Of a DNA stretch of 64,000 nt, positions 31,188 through 39,848 are shown one piece after another. Position 1 is the stretch's first letter. Each line of letters begins with the position of its first letter. A program made the translations under genes and the position numbers. The stretch comes from Alphaproteobacteria bacterium (GTDB taxonomy: Bacteria > Pseudomonadota > Alphaproteobacteria > G965222575). The stretch is from NCBI GenBank assembly GCA_965222575.1, contig OZ244958.1, positions 1,088,001 to 1,152,000 on the forward strand, given 5' to 3'. The notes under the pieces are model-generated. The model saw only the letters and a program-made list of their open reading frames with translations. It had not been told where the DNA came from and did not search any database.

Positions 31188-31367
31188 GTGTCAGATAAAA
31201 ACACAGAGTGCAAGACATGTGCACGTGCTTTGCATCTTGCAGGGAATAAAGTGAAAAGTGAAGAGCTTTTTAAGTCTTGTGCCTGTCATGAATTGATTAT
31301 TTTACATGAAGGAGAACAGTATAAGTTAAGGCTCACTGTCAATAATAAATTAATTTTAACAAAGTAG
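31188..31367 (+). CDS. hemP: Hemin uptake protein HemP/HmuP, 59 aa, absent from the ORF track
   Basis: Manual translation from GTG: MSDKNTECKTCARALHLAGNKVKSEELFKSCACHELIILHEGEQYKLRLTVNNKLILTK; S..LF, H.GE.Y.LR.T and terminal KLILTK hallmark; sits upstream of the heme receptor. Confidence 0.92.
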   Translation: MSDKNTECKTCARALHLAGNKVKSEELFKSCACHELIILHEGEQYKLRLTVNNKLILTK

Positions 31368-31430
31368 TCCAGTAGCCAGCCACCCATTATAGGCAGCAAG
31401 CAAACGACCTTAAACAAGGGAATATTTGTC

Positions 31431-33503
31431 GTGCGTTTGTTTTGTTCTCTATTTTTTGCTTTTCTATTTTGTCAGTTTGGGTTTTTTAAGGCTTTTTCGG
31501 AAGAGGAAGTGATTCCGCTGGAAGAAGTATCAGTATATGGAGCGCGTGCTTCTTCGCTTTTTGAGCTCCCTGTTATGAGCTCGAAAATTCAGCTACAAGC
31601 TCCCGGAAGTACCTTAGCGGGCGATATGGCGCATCTTCTAGAGATTACGCCCGGAGTGAGTATTCTTGGGAGTCCTCGTAAGAGTGGACAGGATATTTCC
31701 ATTCGTGGATTTGACTCAGATTCTATTGTTCTTCTGATAGATGGGCGGCGCCAGATTTTTGAATCAGAGCACGATGGGGTTATTTTTGTTGACCCGTCTC
31801 TCTTGAAGTCTGTTGAAGTGGTGAGAGGAAGCATTTCTGCTCTGTATGGGAGTGGTGGTATAGGCGGGGTTGTGGCTTTTAAGACAAAGGATGCAAAGGA
31901 TTTTCTCACAGACGGTAAGCAACAAGGGGGGGCGTTTTCTTTACTCTACAGGCACGTTAACAAAGCATACGCACCCGCTCTTACTTTTTATGGGCGACAC
32001 TTTTACGGACAACATCTCCTAGATATCATAGGCCATGTGGCTCATCATTCTTCTGGTGTGATTCAACAAGGGGATGGCAACAGCTTACAATCAAAAGATA
32101 ACGGGAATTCTGCTTTGTTGAAAGCTTCTTTTTTGCTCTATAATCTTCATCTTTTTGAGGGACAATTCCAATTTTATAGAAATACCGCTCAAGAGCCTAA
32201 CAATGGAGCAAACACACGACTAGGCACACGCAATCCTATTGTGAATAAGCAAACAAATGATACCCAATGGAGCATGAAATATGCTTTTGATGATTTTGCT
32301 AATAAGGTATTTAAGCCTAAAGTGCATGTGTATTATAAAAGCACTGGGGTAGAAGAGACAGATACGTTAGCTGAGGGCATCAACGCCGCTACTCAGGTAC
32401 AATTGCGTCATATGAAAACTTACGGTTTTCATATGGACAATCAAGCACGCCTGAAAATACAAAAGCTTGACTATATCTTAACCATAGGGGTAGATATTCT
32501 CAAGAATAGCCAGCTTGGAAGTAATAGCATGGAGACAGATAACAGTCGGGGTGGAGTTCCTAATGCAGAAGTTGTTCATAAAGGGTTTTATTTTCAGAAA
32601 GAGTTGAAAAGTGCTACAACTGCTAAGAGGAAATTTTCTCTTATTCTAGGGGGGCGCATGGATACCTATAAAAGCTACAATAGCAGTAAGAGCAAGGAAA
32701 AAAAGTCTCAAGGGTTTTCTCCTAAAATTAGCCTTACTTATTGGCCTAGTAAGATTATCATGCTGTTTGGTTCTTGGTCTTCAGCCTTTCGTGCCCCTTC
32801 TCTTACAGAGACTTTTGCTTCTGGGGTACACTTTCCGGAGGAAGATGAAGGAAGAGTAGTGATAGTAAATGGGAGAGTAGTGTTTAATCATTTTCTTCCT
32901 AATACTGACCTTGCATCTGAAAAGCTTACGAACTTTGAAGTAGGTGCAGGGCTCAACCTTACGCATCTTCTCCTGCCTAAAGACCGTTTGACAATAAAAG
33001 GCGTTTGGTTCAAAGGGAAAGGCTCAAATCTTATCAATCAGAAGATTACACGCTCAAAACTCCCAACACAAAGCACAACACAATTTATCAATGTAAGCAA
33101 TGCAACCATCACAGGGTTTGAACTAGAAACACACTACCAAACACAACGCTTCAACTTAAAAGTAGGAGCCTCTTATGTCAAAGTCACAGATAAGAAGACA
33201 GGAGAATTTTTATCTGGTAACGTTCCTCTCACAATACTTATAGAGGGGCGCTATCGTCTATGGGACTCCATGATGATAGGGTGGCGCGCTCGAAAAATAG
33301 CGGACAATGATAGAGTGATAAAAAATCTCACCCCAACGGACGGATACCTCGTACAAGATATCTACTTTCGCTGGACTTTTCAGCAAGAAGTCGTAGCAGA
33401 ATTCGGTATAGAAAATCTTGCTAATGTAGCGTACAAAAAGAGTTCTATTTCTTTTATAGAAGAAGGAAGAAGCTATAGTTTTCGCCTGAGGTACACATGG
33501 TAA
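31431..33503 (+). CDS. TonB-dependent heme/hemoglobin receptor (HemR/HmuR-like)
   Basis: Plug motifs ISIRGF, IDGRRQ, EVVRG..SALYGSGG.GG; FRAP motif; terminal aromatic residue; operon context. Confidence 0.9.
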   Translation: MRLFCSLFFAFLFCQFGFFKAFSEEEVIPLEEVSVYGARASSLFELPVMSSKIQLQAPGSTLAGDMAHLLEITPGVSILGSPRKSGQDISIRGFDSDSIVLLIDGRRQIFESEHDGVIFVDPSLLKSVEVVRGSISALYGSGGIGGVVAFKTKDAKDFLTDGKQQGGAFSLLYRHVNKAYAPALTFYGRHFYGQHLLDIIGHVAHHSSGVIQQGDGNSLQSKDNGNSALLKASFLLYNLHLFEGQFQFYRNTAQEPNNGANTRLGTRNPIVNKQTNDTQWSMKYAFDDFANKVFKPKVHVYYKSTGVEETDTLAEGINAATQVQLRHMKTYGFHMDNQARLKIQKLDYILTIGVDILKNSQLGSNSMETDNSRGGVPNAEVVHKGFYFQKELKSATTAKRKFSLILGGRMDTYKSYNSSKSKEKKSQGFSPKISLTYWPSKIIMLFGSWSSAFRAPSLTETFASGVHFPEEDEGRVVIVNGRVVFNHFLPNTDLASEKLTNFEVGAGLNLTHLLLPKDRLTIKGVWFKGKGSNLINQKITRSKLPTQSTTQFINVSNATITGFELETHYQTQRFNLKVGASYVKVTDKKTGEFLSGNVPLTILIEGRYRLWDSMMIGWRARKIADNDRVIKNLTPTDGYLVQDIYFRWTFQQEVVAEFGIENLANVAYKKSSISFIEEGRSYSFRLRYTW

Positions 33504-34292
33504 AGACTTTTCTTACAGGCATATTTTTATCTGCGCTTATGCATGGATTGGTTCTACTAGCTCCTCTGCATCAACCAGAAACGAAAGGGTTTCACCCATT
33601 GGTTGTCTCTTTTGTAGCCCAAGAATTCAACTCTTCTCCTCCTCCTTTACCGCTCTTGCGCCTAAGAGACAAAGCCACAACTCCTCATGACAAAGAGCAT
33701 ACGGCTTCTCCTCCTCCACTACCGCTCTTGCGCCTAAGAGACAAAGCCACAACTCCTCATGACAAAGAGCATACGGCTTCTCCTCCTCCACTACTGCTCT
33801 TGCGCCTGACAAAGAGCATACGGCTTCTCCTCCTCCACTACTGCTCTTGCGCCTAGGAGACAAAGCCACAACTCCTCATGACAAAGAGTATACGGCTTCT
33901 CCTCCATACTGCTCTTGCGCCTAGGAGACAAAGCCACAACTCCTCATGACTTCGAGCGTACACAGCCTCTCGCTACTCCTCAAAAAATAAAGAAAAGGAG
34001 TCTGAAAAAAGAGAAGGTGTCTGTTATCACTAACCCAAAGTATCGTTATCGGGTTCCGCCTGACTATCCTCAAAGAGCATTAGATTTACGCCAAGAAGGG
34101 GTGGTGATAGTCCATGCTAAAGTTTTAGAAAATGGAAAAGTAGGGGCATTAAAAATTGAGCGTTCTTCTGGCTATATTCTTTTGGATACTGCAACATTGT
34201 CAGCGCTTAAGAAGTGGGAATTTGAACCAAGCTACAGAGATGGCAAGGCGGAAGTTTCTTGGGTAGAAATTCCTGTACGTTTTGTTCCGTGA
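33497..34292 (+). pseudogene. tonB: TonB energy transducer split inside a 72-bp tandem repeat
   Basis: N-terminal TM with S..MH in ORF 33497; YP.RA...EG.V and SSG...LD TonB_C motifs in ORF 33915. Confidence 0.85.
33635..33950 (+). repeat. 72-bp tandem repeat, about 5 units, two with internal deletions
   Basis: Unit encodes SPPPLPLLRLRDKATTPHDKEHTA; unit 3 lacks 25 bp and unit 5 lacks 4 bp. Confidence 0.9.
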
Positions 34293-34309
34293 TGTAAGTA
34301 TAGTGAGAA

Positions 34310-35374
34310 ATGTATTCTAGTGAAGAGATAAGGCAAAAGCACAAAGCGTTACGTCAAGAGTCTCCGTATATTCGTTCTCGGGATGTAGCAGCGATATTAA
34401 AATTATCTGAGGGGGAATTGCTAGCCTCTTATGTTGGTGATAATGTTCATCGTTTGAAGGAGTCTCCTCAGGGGATTATTGAGCAATTTGTGTCATTGGG
34501 AGAGGTGATGGGGCTTACGCGTAATGAGCATTGTGTACATGAGTGTCATGGGGTTTATAGAGGGGCGAAATTTTTTCAACATGGAAGCAGGGTACAGGGG
34601 TTGTTAAATAATCCTGATATAGATTTACGTTTATTTTTGAATCACTGGAGGTTTTGTTTTGCGGTGACAGAGGAGGTACGCAGTGGGGTGCGCAAGAGTT
34701 TTCAATTTTTTGATTCTGAGGGGTGTGCGGTACATAAGGTTTATTTAACGGAGAGGTCTTGCGAGGAGGCTTTTGAGAAATTGGTTGTTAATTTTCGTCA
34801 TCCGTCTCAAGTCCGGGGAATTGTGACGGAGTCTGGTGTAAGAAGAGCTAGGAAGGTTGCGGATAAAGAGATTGATTGGAAGGGGTTGCGCGGGGCTTGG
34901 GAAAATCTATCGAACACCCATGATTTTTTTCCTCTGTTGAAAAAATTCAAGGTAGGGCGCGTACAGAGTTTTCGTAGAATAGGGAAAGATTTCGCTTATC
35001 CAGTGGACAATCAATCGGCTCGTGAGGTGCTTCAGATAGCGCAGAATAAAGAGTGTCCTCTTATGGTGTTTGTAAGTAATAGAGGTTGTCTTCAGATTTA
35101 TTCAGGTTTTGTGAAGAAACTTGTAGAACATGGTTGTTGGTATAATGTTTTGGATTCAACATTTCATTTACATTTGCGAGAAGAGGGCATTGGCCAAACT
35201 TGGGTAACGCGCAAACCGACAGATGATGGGATTGTGACTTCTTTAGAGGTATTTGATAAGGAAGAGCGTTTAATCATTCAGTTTTTTGGCAAGCGCAAGC
35301 CCGGCATAAAAGAGCTTCAATCATGGCGCAACATCATAGAGGCTTTGCCTTCTCTCAGTACAAGAGCTTCATGA
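34310..35374 (+). CDS. hmuS: Hemin-degrading/transport factor HemS/HmuS
   Basis: LTRNE..VHE..G.Y, IDLRLF, S.QFFD..G.AVHKVYL, H.FF..L, QFFGKRKPG. Confidence 0.93.
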   Translation: MYSSEEIRQKHKALRQESPYIRSRDVAAILKLSEGELLASYVGDNVHRLKESPQGIIEQFVSLGEVMGLTRNEHCVHECHGVYRGAKFFQHGSRVQGLLNNPDIDLRLFLNHWRFCFAVTEEVRSGVRKSFQFFDSEGCAVHKVYLTERSCEEAFEKLVVNFRHPSQVRGIVTESGVRRARKVADKEIDWKGLRGAWENLSNTHDFFPLLKKFKVGRVQSFRRIGKDFAYPVDNQSAREVLQIAQNKECPLMVFVSNRGCLQIYSGFVKKLVEHGCWYNVLDSTFHLHLREEGIGQTWVTRKPTDDGIVTSLEVFDKEERLIIQFFGKRKPGIKELQSWRNIIEALPSLSTRAS

Positions 35375-36222
35375 TGTGTCGTTGTGTTTGGTTTTTGCTA
35401 TTATTAGCATATGTTGTACCTTGTGAAGCAAAGGAAAGTCGCATTGTTTGCGTTGGTGGGGTTCTAACAGAGATTTTATATACTCTTGGTGCAGGTCATT
35501 TGCTTGTAGGCAGTGACATTAGCAGTACTTATCCTGAGGTTGCAAAGAAATTGCCTAAAGTAGGATATGTCCGCACTTTATCTGCAGAAGGGATTTTGTC
35601 TTTAGCGCCGGATTTGGTGATAATAACAGACCAAGCGGGGCCACAAGCTTCTGTTTCGCAGATAAAAAGCACAGGCGTTGATATGCTAGTTTTGAAGTCT
35701 CCGCGTTCTTTAGATGATGTACAGGAAGTCATCAAGGTATTGGCAGCGGTGTTGGAACGCGTAGCTGAAGGAGAGCGGTTAATTGAGAAGATAGAGCAAG
35801 AGGCTAAGGTCTTGTCTGAGACGGTGAAGCAGCAGGGTAGGGCATGGCGTGTTTTATTTATTTTGCATCATGGTACGGGAGCGCCTATGGTAGCAGGTGT
35901 TGGCACAGCAGCAGATCATATCATTACGCTCTCTGGAGGCAAAAACGTTGTGACAACCTATAAAGGGTACAAGGCGTTAACGCCTGAGAGTTCTGTTGCC
36001 TTAAAGCCGGATATTATTCTCATGACCAAAAGGGGTCTTGAGCAGTTTGGCGGCAAGGAGCGTTTAGTACAACATCCCGGTCTTTCTTTAACGACAGCTG
36101 TTCAAAATGGCCGCATTATAGCTATGGATGCGCTGTTTTTATTAGGATTTGGTCCACGCACTATTGAAGCGGCCTTAGCGTTACACCGTCAGTATCAAGT
36201 GTATTATCCCTTTTCGCAGTAG
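35371..36222 (+). CDS. hmuT: Heme ABC transporter substrate-binding protein
   Basis: GG..TEI.Y.LG, VGY.R.LSAEG, LGFGPR; start placed at the ATGA overlap with the hmuS stop. Confidence 0.92.
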   Translation: MMCRCVWFLLLLAYVVPCEAKESRIVCVGGVLTEILYTLGAGHLLVGSDISSTYPEVAKKLPKVGYVRTLSAEGILSLAPDLVIITDQAGPQASVSQIKSTGVDMLVLKSPRSLDDVQEVIKVLAAVLERVAEGERLIEKIEQEAKVLSETVKQQGRAWRVLFILHHGTGAPMVAGVGTAADHIITLSGGKNVVTTYKGYKALTPESSVALKPDIILMTKRGLEQFGGKERLVQHPGLSLTTAVQNGRIIAMDALFLLGFGPRTIEAALALHRQYQVYYPFSQ

Positions 36223-36223
36223 C

Positions 36224-37237
36224 ATGATCCCATTTCGGCGCAAGCAACTATGGGTTTTAGGGAGCTTACTATTCGCATTGTGTGTCATGGTTGTATTAGC
36301 AGCTTTTACAGGTGTTGTGTCTATTCCTATTTTATCAGTATTTTCAGGGTCATTAGAAAAAGAGCAAGTGGCAGTGTTATTGTCTATTCGTTTTCCGAGG
36401 ATACTGCTTGCTTGTGCAGTAGGTATGTCTTTAGCGATTTCTGGAGCGGCTTTACAGGGTTTATTTCGCAATCCTCTAGCTGATCCGGGACTGATAGGCA
36501 TTTCTAGCGGAGCAGCCTTAGCTGTTGCGGTTTTGCTTGTTTTAGGAGGGAATGCTTTTGGAGCCCTTGGCTTATATAGTCTGAGTATAGGAGCATTTTT
36601 GGGAGGGATTGTGACCTGCTGGATAATTTTGAAGATAGCGCAGCACAATGATACGGTTTCGATGTCTTATATGCTGTTTACGGGGATAGCTCTCAACGCT
36701 CTTGCAGGAGCAGGTGTTGGTTTTTTATTGTACATGAGTGATAATGAGCAACTGCGCACACTCACTTTTTGGACTATGGGCACTTTGGGGGGGGCTTTAT
36801 GGCCGTCTGTAGTGGTGATGGTGACAATAGCAGTTCCCTCTATGGTATTTTTGATGCGTTTTGCTGGTCAGTTGAATATTTTTCTTTTAGGGGAGAAAGA
36901 AGCTTGGCACTTAGGAGTGGATAGTGGACGTTTGAAGCGTCGGATTATTGTGTGTGTGTCTTTGTTAATAGGGTCTTGCGTAGCAGTGAGTGGTATTATA
37001 GGATTTATAGGCTTAGTTGTGCCCCATATTCTGCGTTTAAGTATAGGAGCGGATAACAGGCTTTTGTTACCATCTTGTTGTTTATTGGGGGCTTTGTTGT
37101 TATTGAGTGCTGATACGCTCTCGCGCATTGTGATAGCGCCTGCTGAAATGCCTGTTGGTATTATCACTTCTTTGGTAGGAGGGCCATTTTTTTTATGGCT
37201 TTTGGTACGCAGTAAGCAGATGAAAGGAGCTGTATGA
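36224..37237 (+). CDS. hmuU: Heme ABC transporter permease
   Basis: QGLFRNPLADPGLIG, IGFIGLVVPH, GGPFFL. Confidence 0.93.
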   Translation: MIPFRRKQLWVLGSLLFALCVMVVLAAFTGVVSIPILSVFSGSLEKEQVAVLLSIRFPRILLACAVGMSLAISGAALQGLFRNPLADPGLIGISSGAALAVAVLLVLGGNAFGALGLYSLSIGAFLGGIVTCWIILKIAQHNDTVSMSYMLFTGIALNALAGAGVGFLLYMSDNEQLRTLTFWTMGTLGGALWPSVVVMVTIAVPSMVFLMRFAGQLNIFLLGEKEAWHLGVDSGRLKRRIIVCVSLLIGSCVAVSGIIGFIGLVVPHILRLSIGADNRLLLPSCCLLGALLLLSADTLSRIVIAPAEMPVGIITSLVGGPFFLWLLVRSKQMKGAV

Positions 37238-37977
37238 TAGAAGGGCGTAATATTTGTTATATTGCTGATAACAAAGCGATATTAGATAAGGTTTCCCTTA
37301 AAATCCACAGGGGAGAGATGGTAGCGCTTTTGGGTCCCAACGGAGCTGGCAAGACGTCTTTGCTACAATGCTTGACGGGGTGGTTGAAGGTGACAAAAGG
37401 GGAGGTAATCATGGAGAATAAATGTTTGCATACTTGGGATCATTACGCGCTTTCTTGTAAGCGTGCGGTTTTATCACAAAGTACGCCTATAGGGTTTCCG
37501 TTTACAGTGGAAGATATTGTTTTTATGGGGCGTAGTTTATATGGTTATGAAAGGTCTTACGAGGACAGAGAGATTGTCCGTGAGGCTTTAGAAAGTGTTG
37601 AGATGTGGTCTTTCCGGGATCGTCTTTTTCCGACGTTATCTGGAGGAGAGCAGAGGCGTGTACATTTAGCGAGGATTTTCACTCAAGTATGGTGTGAAAA
37701 AAAAGCCTATATATTTTTAGATGAGCCGATATCCTCTTTAGATTTGAAGTATCAGCATCATATTTTAAGTCTTATGAGTAGGTTTTTGAAGGAGAAAGGG
37801 TGGGCAATTTGTTTAGTGATTCACGATATTTCTTTAGCGGTTCAATATGCTAACAGAGTAGCGTTACTTCATAAGGGGAAAGTGGTAGAGTATGGGACAC
37901 CTGTATCGGTTTTATCTCCCCGGAATATACAAACAGTTTTTGACATTTCACCTGAACTATTAAAGAATAGAATATAG
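37234..37977 (+). CDS. hmuV: Heme ABC transporter ATPase
   Basis: GPNGAGKT, LSGGEQ, LDEP, H-loop. Confidence 0.93.
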   Translation: MIEGRNICYIADNKAILDKVSLKIHRGEMVALLGPNGAGKTSLLQCLTGWLKVTKGEVIMENKCLHTWDHYALSCKRAVLSQSTPIGFPFTVEDIVFMGRSLYGYERSYEDREIVREALESVEMWSFRDRLFPTLSGGEQRRVHLARIFTQVWCEKKAYIFLDEPISSLDLKYQHHILSLMSRFLKEKGWAICLVIHDISLAVQYANRVALLHKGKVVEYGTPVSVLSPRNIQTVFDISPELLKNRI

Positions 37978-37993
37978 AGGGGGGGGAGTAGTA

Positions 37994-38239
37994 ATGATAG
38001 TTGTTAAAATGTCTCATACAGAAGAGGAGTCCTTAAAACAATGTCTTCGTTTGAAGAAGGCATTGGATGTTTTGTATCAATTGTTGATGGAGCTTAGGCA
38101 AAGAGCGTTACATGAGAAGAGGGATGGAGTGAATGAAGCTGGTGTTATGATGATAGTGTTATCAAAGCGCTTGACAGGCTTCCATGCATTGCTCAAAGCA
38201 GCGCGCAAGGAAGCTAATAAAATAAAGCATAGACACTAG
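37994..38239 (+). CDS. Small helical hypothetical protein, paralog of 55000-55236
   Basis: G-rich RBS; shares D.LY.LL..L......EK.DGV.E with ORF 55000. Confidence 0.75.
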   Translation: MIVVKMSHTEEESLKQCLRLKKALDVLYQLLMELRQRALHEKRDGVNEAGVMMIVLSKRLTGFHALLKAARKEANKIKHRH

Positions 38240-38466
38240 ACTTTGCCGCCGCTTTTCTGTCAGTTATGGGAAGGGGATTAATTATCTCGGAAATCAGTCT
38301 TATCGTTACAATGAGAAGAATTTTCTGTCTTTGACAAGTTTGCGCCATCGCATAGTGCCGATTTCGCCATTGGGAGAAGGCCCTCGTTGCTGTTGAGTCG
38401 GGCGGGTAGGCGGGGTAGGTACTAGTTATAGCTTCCATTCCAATATTGTTGTGCTATAATTAAGGC

Positions 38467-38495
38467 TTGACAAACAAGTATTTTTATGCTATATT
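38467..38495 (+). promoter_or_regulatory. Sigma70-type promoter inside the array insert
   Basis: TTGACA-17 bp-TATATT with an extended TG. Confidence 0.75.
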
Positions 38496-38498
38496 TTC

Positions 38499-38715
38499 AA
38501 AATAAAGCAGATACATAAAAAGGTCAAAACAATGTTTCTAAAGGAAGAAATTAAGAGTATAGAGCTTTATTTTCTCCCAAAGCATTAAAAATGCAAGCAT
38601 GGAGAAAAAAAACTTTTAAGGAAAAACCTTTAAAGAAAAATCCTAAAAGTTAAACGAATTCCTCTGTAGTTGTTGTTGGAATAGAAAGGGAAGGCAAGAG
38701 CCTTCCCTTTCTTTA
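38499..38715 (+). ncRNA. Putative structured small RNA (about 215 nt) embedded in the CRISPR array
   Basis: Promoter upstream, three or four complementary stems, terminal hairpin; see findings. Confidence 0.5.
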
Positions 38716-38716
38716 T
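38683..38716 (+). terminator. Intrinsic terminator, possibly bidirectional
   Basis: AGAAAGGGAAGGC-AAGA-GCCTTCCCTTTCT, a perfect 13-bp stem followed by T-rich sequence. Confidence 0.8.
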
Positions 38717-39527
38717 ATGGGTTATAGCTTCCATTCCAATATTGTTGTGCTATAATTCTGTGCCATAACAGTGCTGTACCTGCTCTGTTATAGCTTCCAT
38801 TCCAATATTGTTGTGCTATAATTTAGCCATTTCAGTCTATATACAGTCTATGTTATAGCTTCCATTCCAATATTGTTGTGCTATAATTAAGACTCAGCAC
38901 TTAAGGCTACACTCAGAGTTATAGCTTCCATTCCAATATTGTTGTGCTATAATAAAATCCTCTCCGGCACTGCTAATTCTTACGTTATAGCTTCCATTCC
39001 AATATTGTTGTGCTATAATCTTGCTCGTACAACTCACGCAAATCCAGGAGTTATAGCTTCCATTCCAATATTGTTGTGCTATAATAGTTCTAAGGGATGA
39101 GGTAAGTGTCAACCCGTTATAGCTTCCATTCCAATATTGTTGTGCTATAATCCCTGCTTGAGGTACTCTTCAATCTCCATAGTTATAGCTTCCATTCCAA
39201 TATTGTTGTGCTATAATGGGGGGTGGGTTAGAAGACATTGAATCAATGTTATAGCTTCCATTCCAATATTGTTGTGCTATAATAATTCTTTGATAGCTGT
39301 TTCCCCCATGCGAGTTATAGCTTCCATTCCAATATTGTTGTGCTATAATAAACTAGGGAGGGAATCATGGTAGAAATATGTTATAGCTTCCATTCCAATA
39401 TTGTTGTGCTATAATCTTAACATCCTTGACGACATTGAGAAGATAGTTATAGCTTCCATTCCAATATTGTTGTGCTATAATATACCGGATGTAAGGCGCT
39501 GAAAAATGTACAGAAAGCCAAACAGTT

Positions 39528-39848
39528 TCAAAATAAAAGAAGCTGGTTGGCTTTCTGTTTTTCATTTTTTCTCTCTTTTCCTAACAAAATCTTCATCCGA
39601 CCATATTGCTTATCTGTTATCTGTAATGCTCTAATACTTCCCTTTGATGGAAGATTTTTTGTTAATCTTTGCATATGTTTCTCTACCCTGTCCTGCCCAT
39701 TACATACTCTAGCATATACTGAGTATTGTACCATCATATACCCATCTTTAAGTAGAAATTGTCGAAACCTCGTTGCTGAACGTTGCTCCTCTTTCTTTGT
39801 CACCGGAAGGTCAAAAAATACCCATAACCACATATAACGACCTATCAT
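39528..39848 (-). CDS. cas2: CRISPR-associated Cas2
   Basis: MW..VFFDLPV, FR.FLLKDGY.M.QYSVY.R, ITDKQY..M. Confidence 0.96.
   Translation of the reverse strand: MIGRYMWLWVFFDLPVTKKEEQRSATRFRQFLLKDGYMMVQYSVYARVCNGQDRVEKHMQRLTKNLPSKGSIRALQITDKQYGRMKILLGKERKNEKQKANQLLLF

Larger units (their letters stand above)
38425..39481 (+). CRISPR. Type II-C CRISPR array with 13 identical 36-bp repeats GTTATAGCTTCCATTCCAATATTGTTGTGCTATAAT, 11 spacers of 29-30 bp and one 260-bp insert
   Basis: Repeats start at 38425, 38721, 38787, 38852, 38918, 38984, 39050, 39116, 39182, 39248, 39314, 39380 and 39446; orientation taken from tracrRNA pairing and the terminal TGCTATAAT. Confidence 0.98.

Noticed and set aside
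38359-38424. Degenerate extra repeat and spacer upstream of the first repeat
   Set aside because: No recognisable repeat similarity at the expected position.
38894-39565. ORFs 38894-39112 and 39365-39565 with repeated IIAQQYWNGSYN
   Set aside because: They are translations of the CRISPR repeats.
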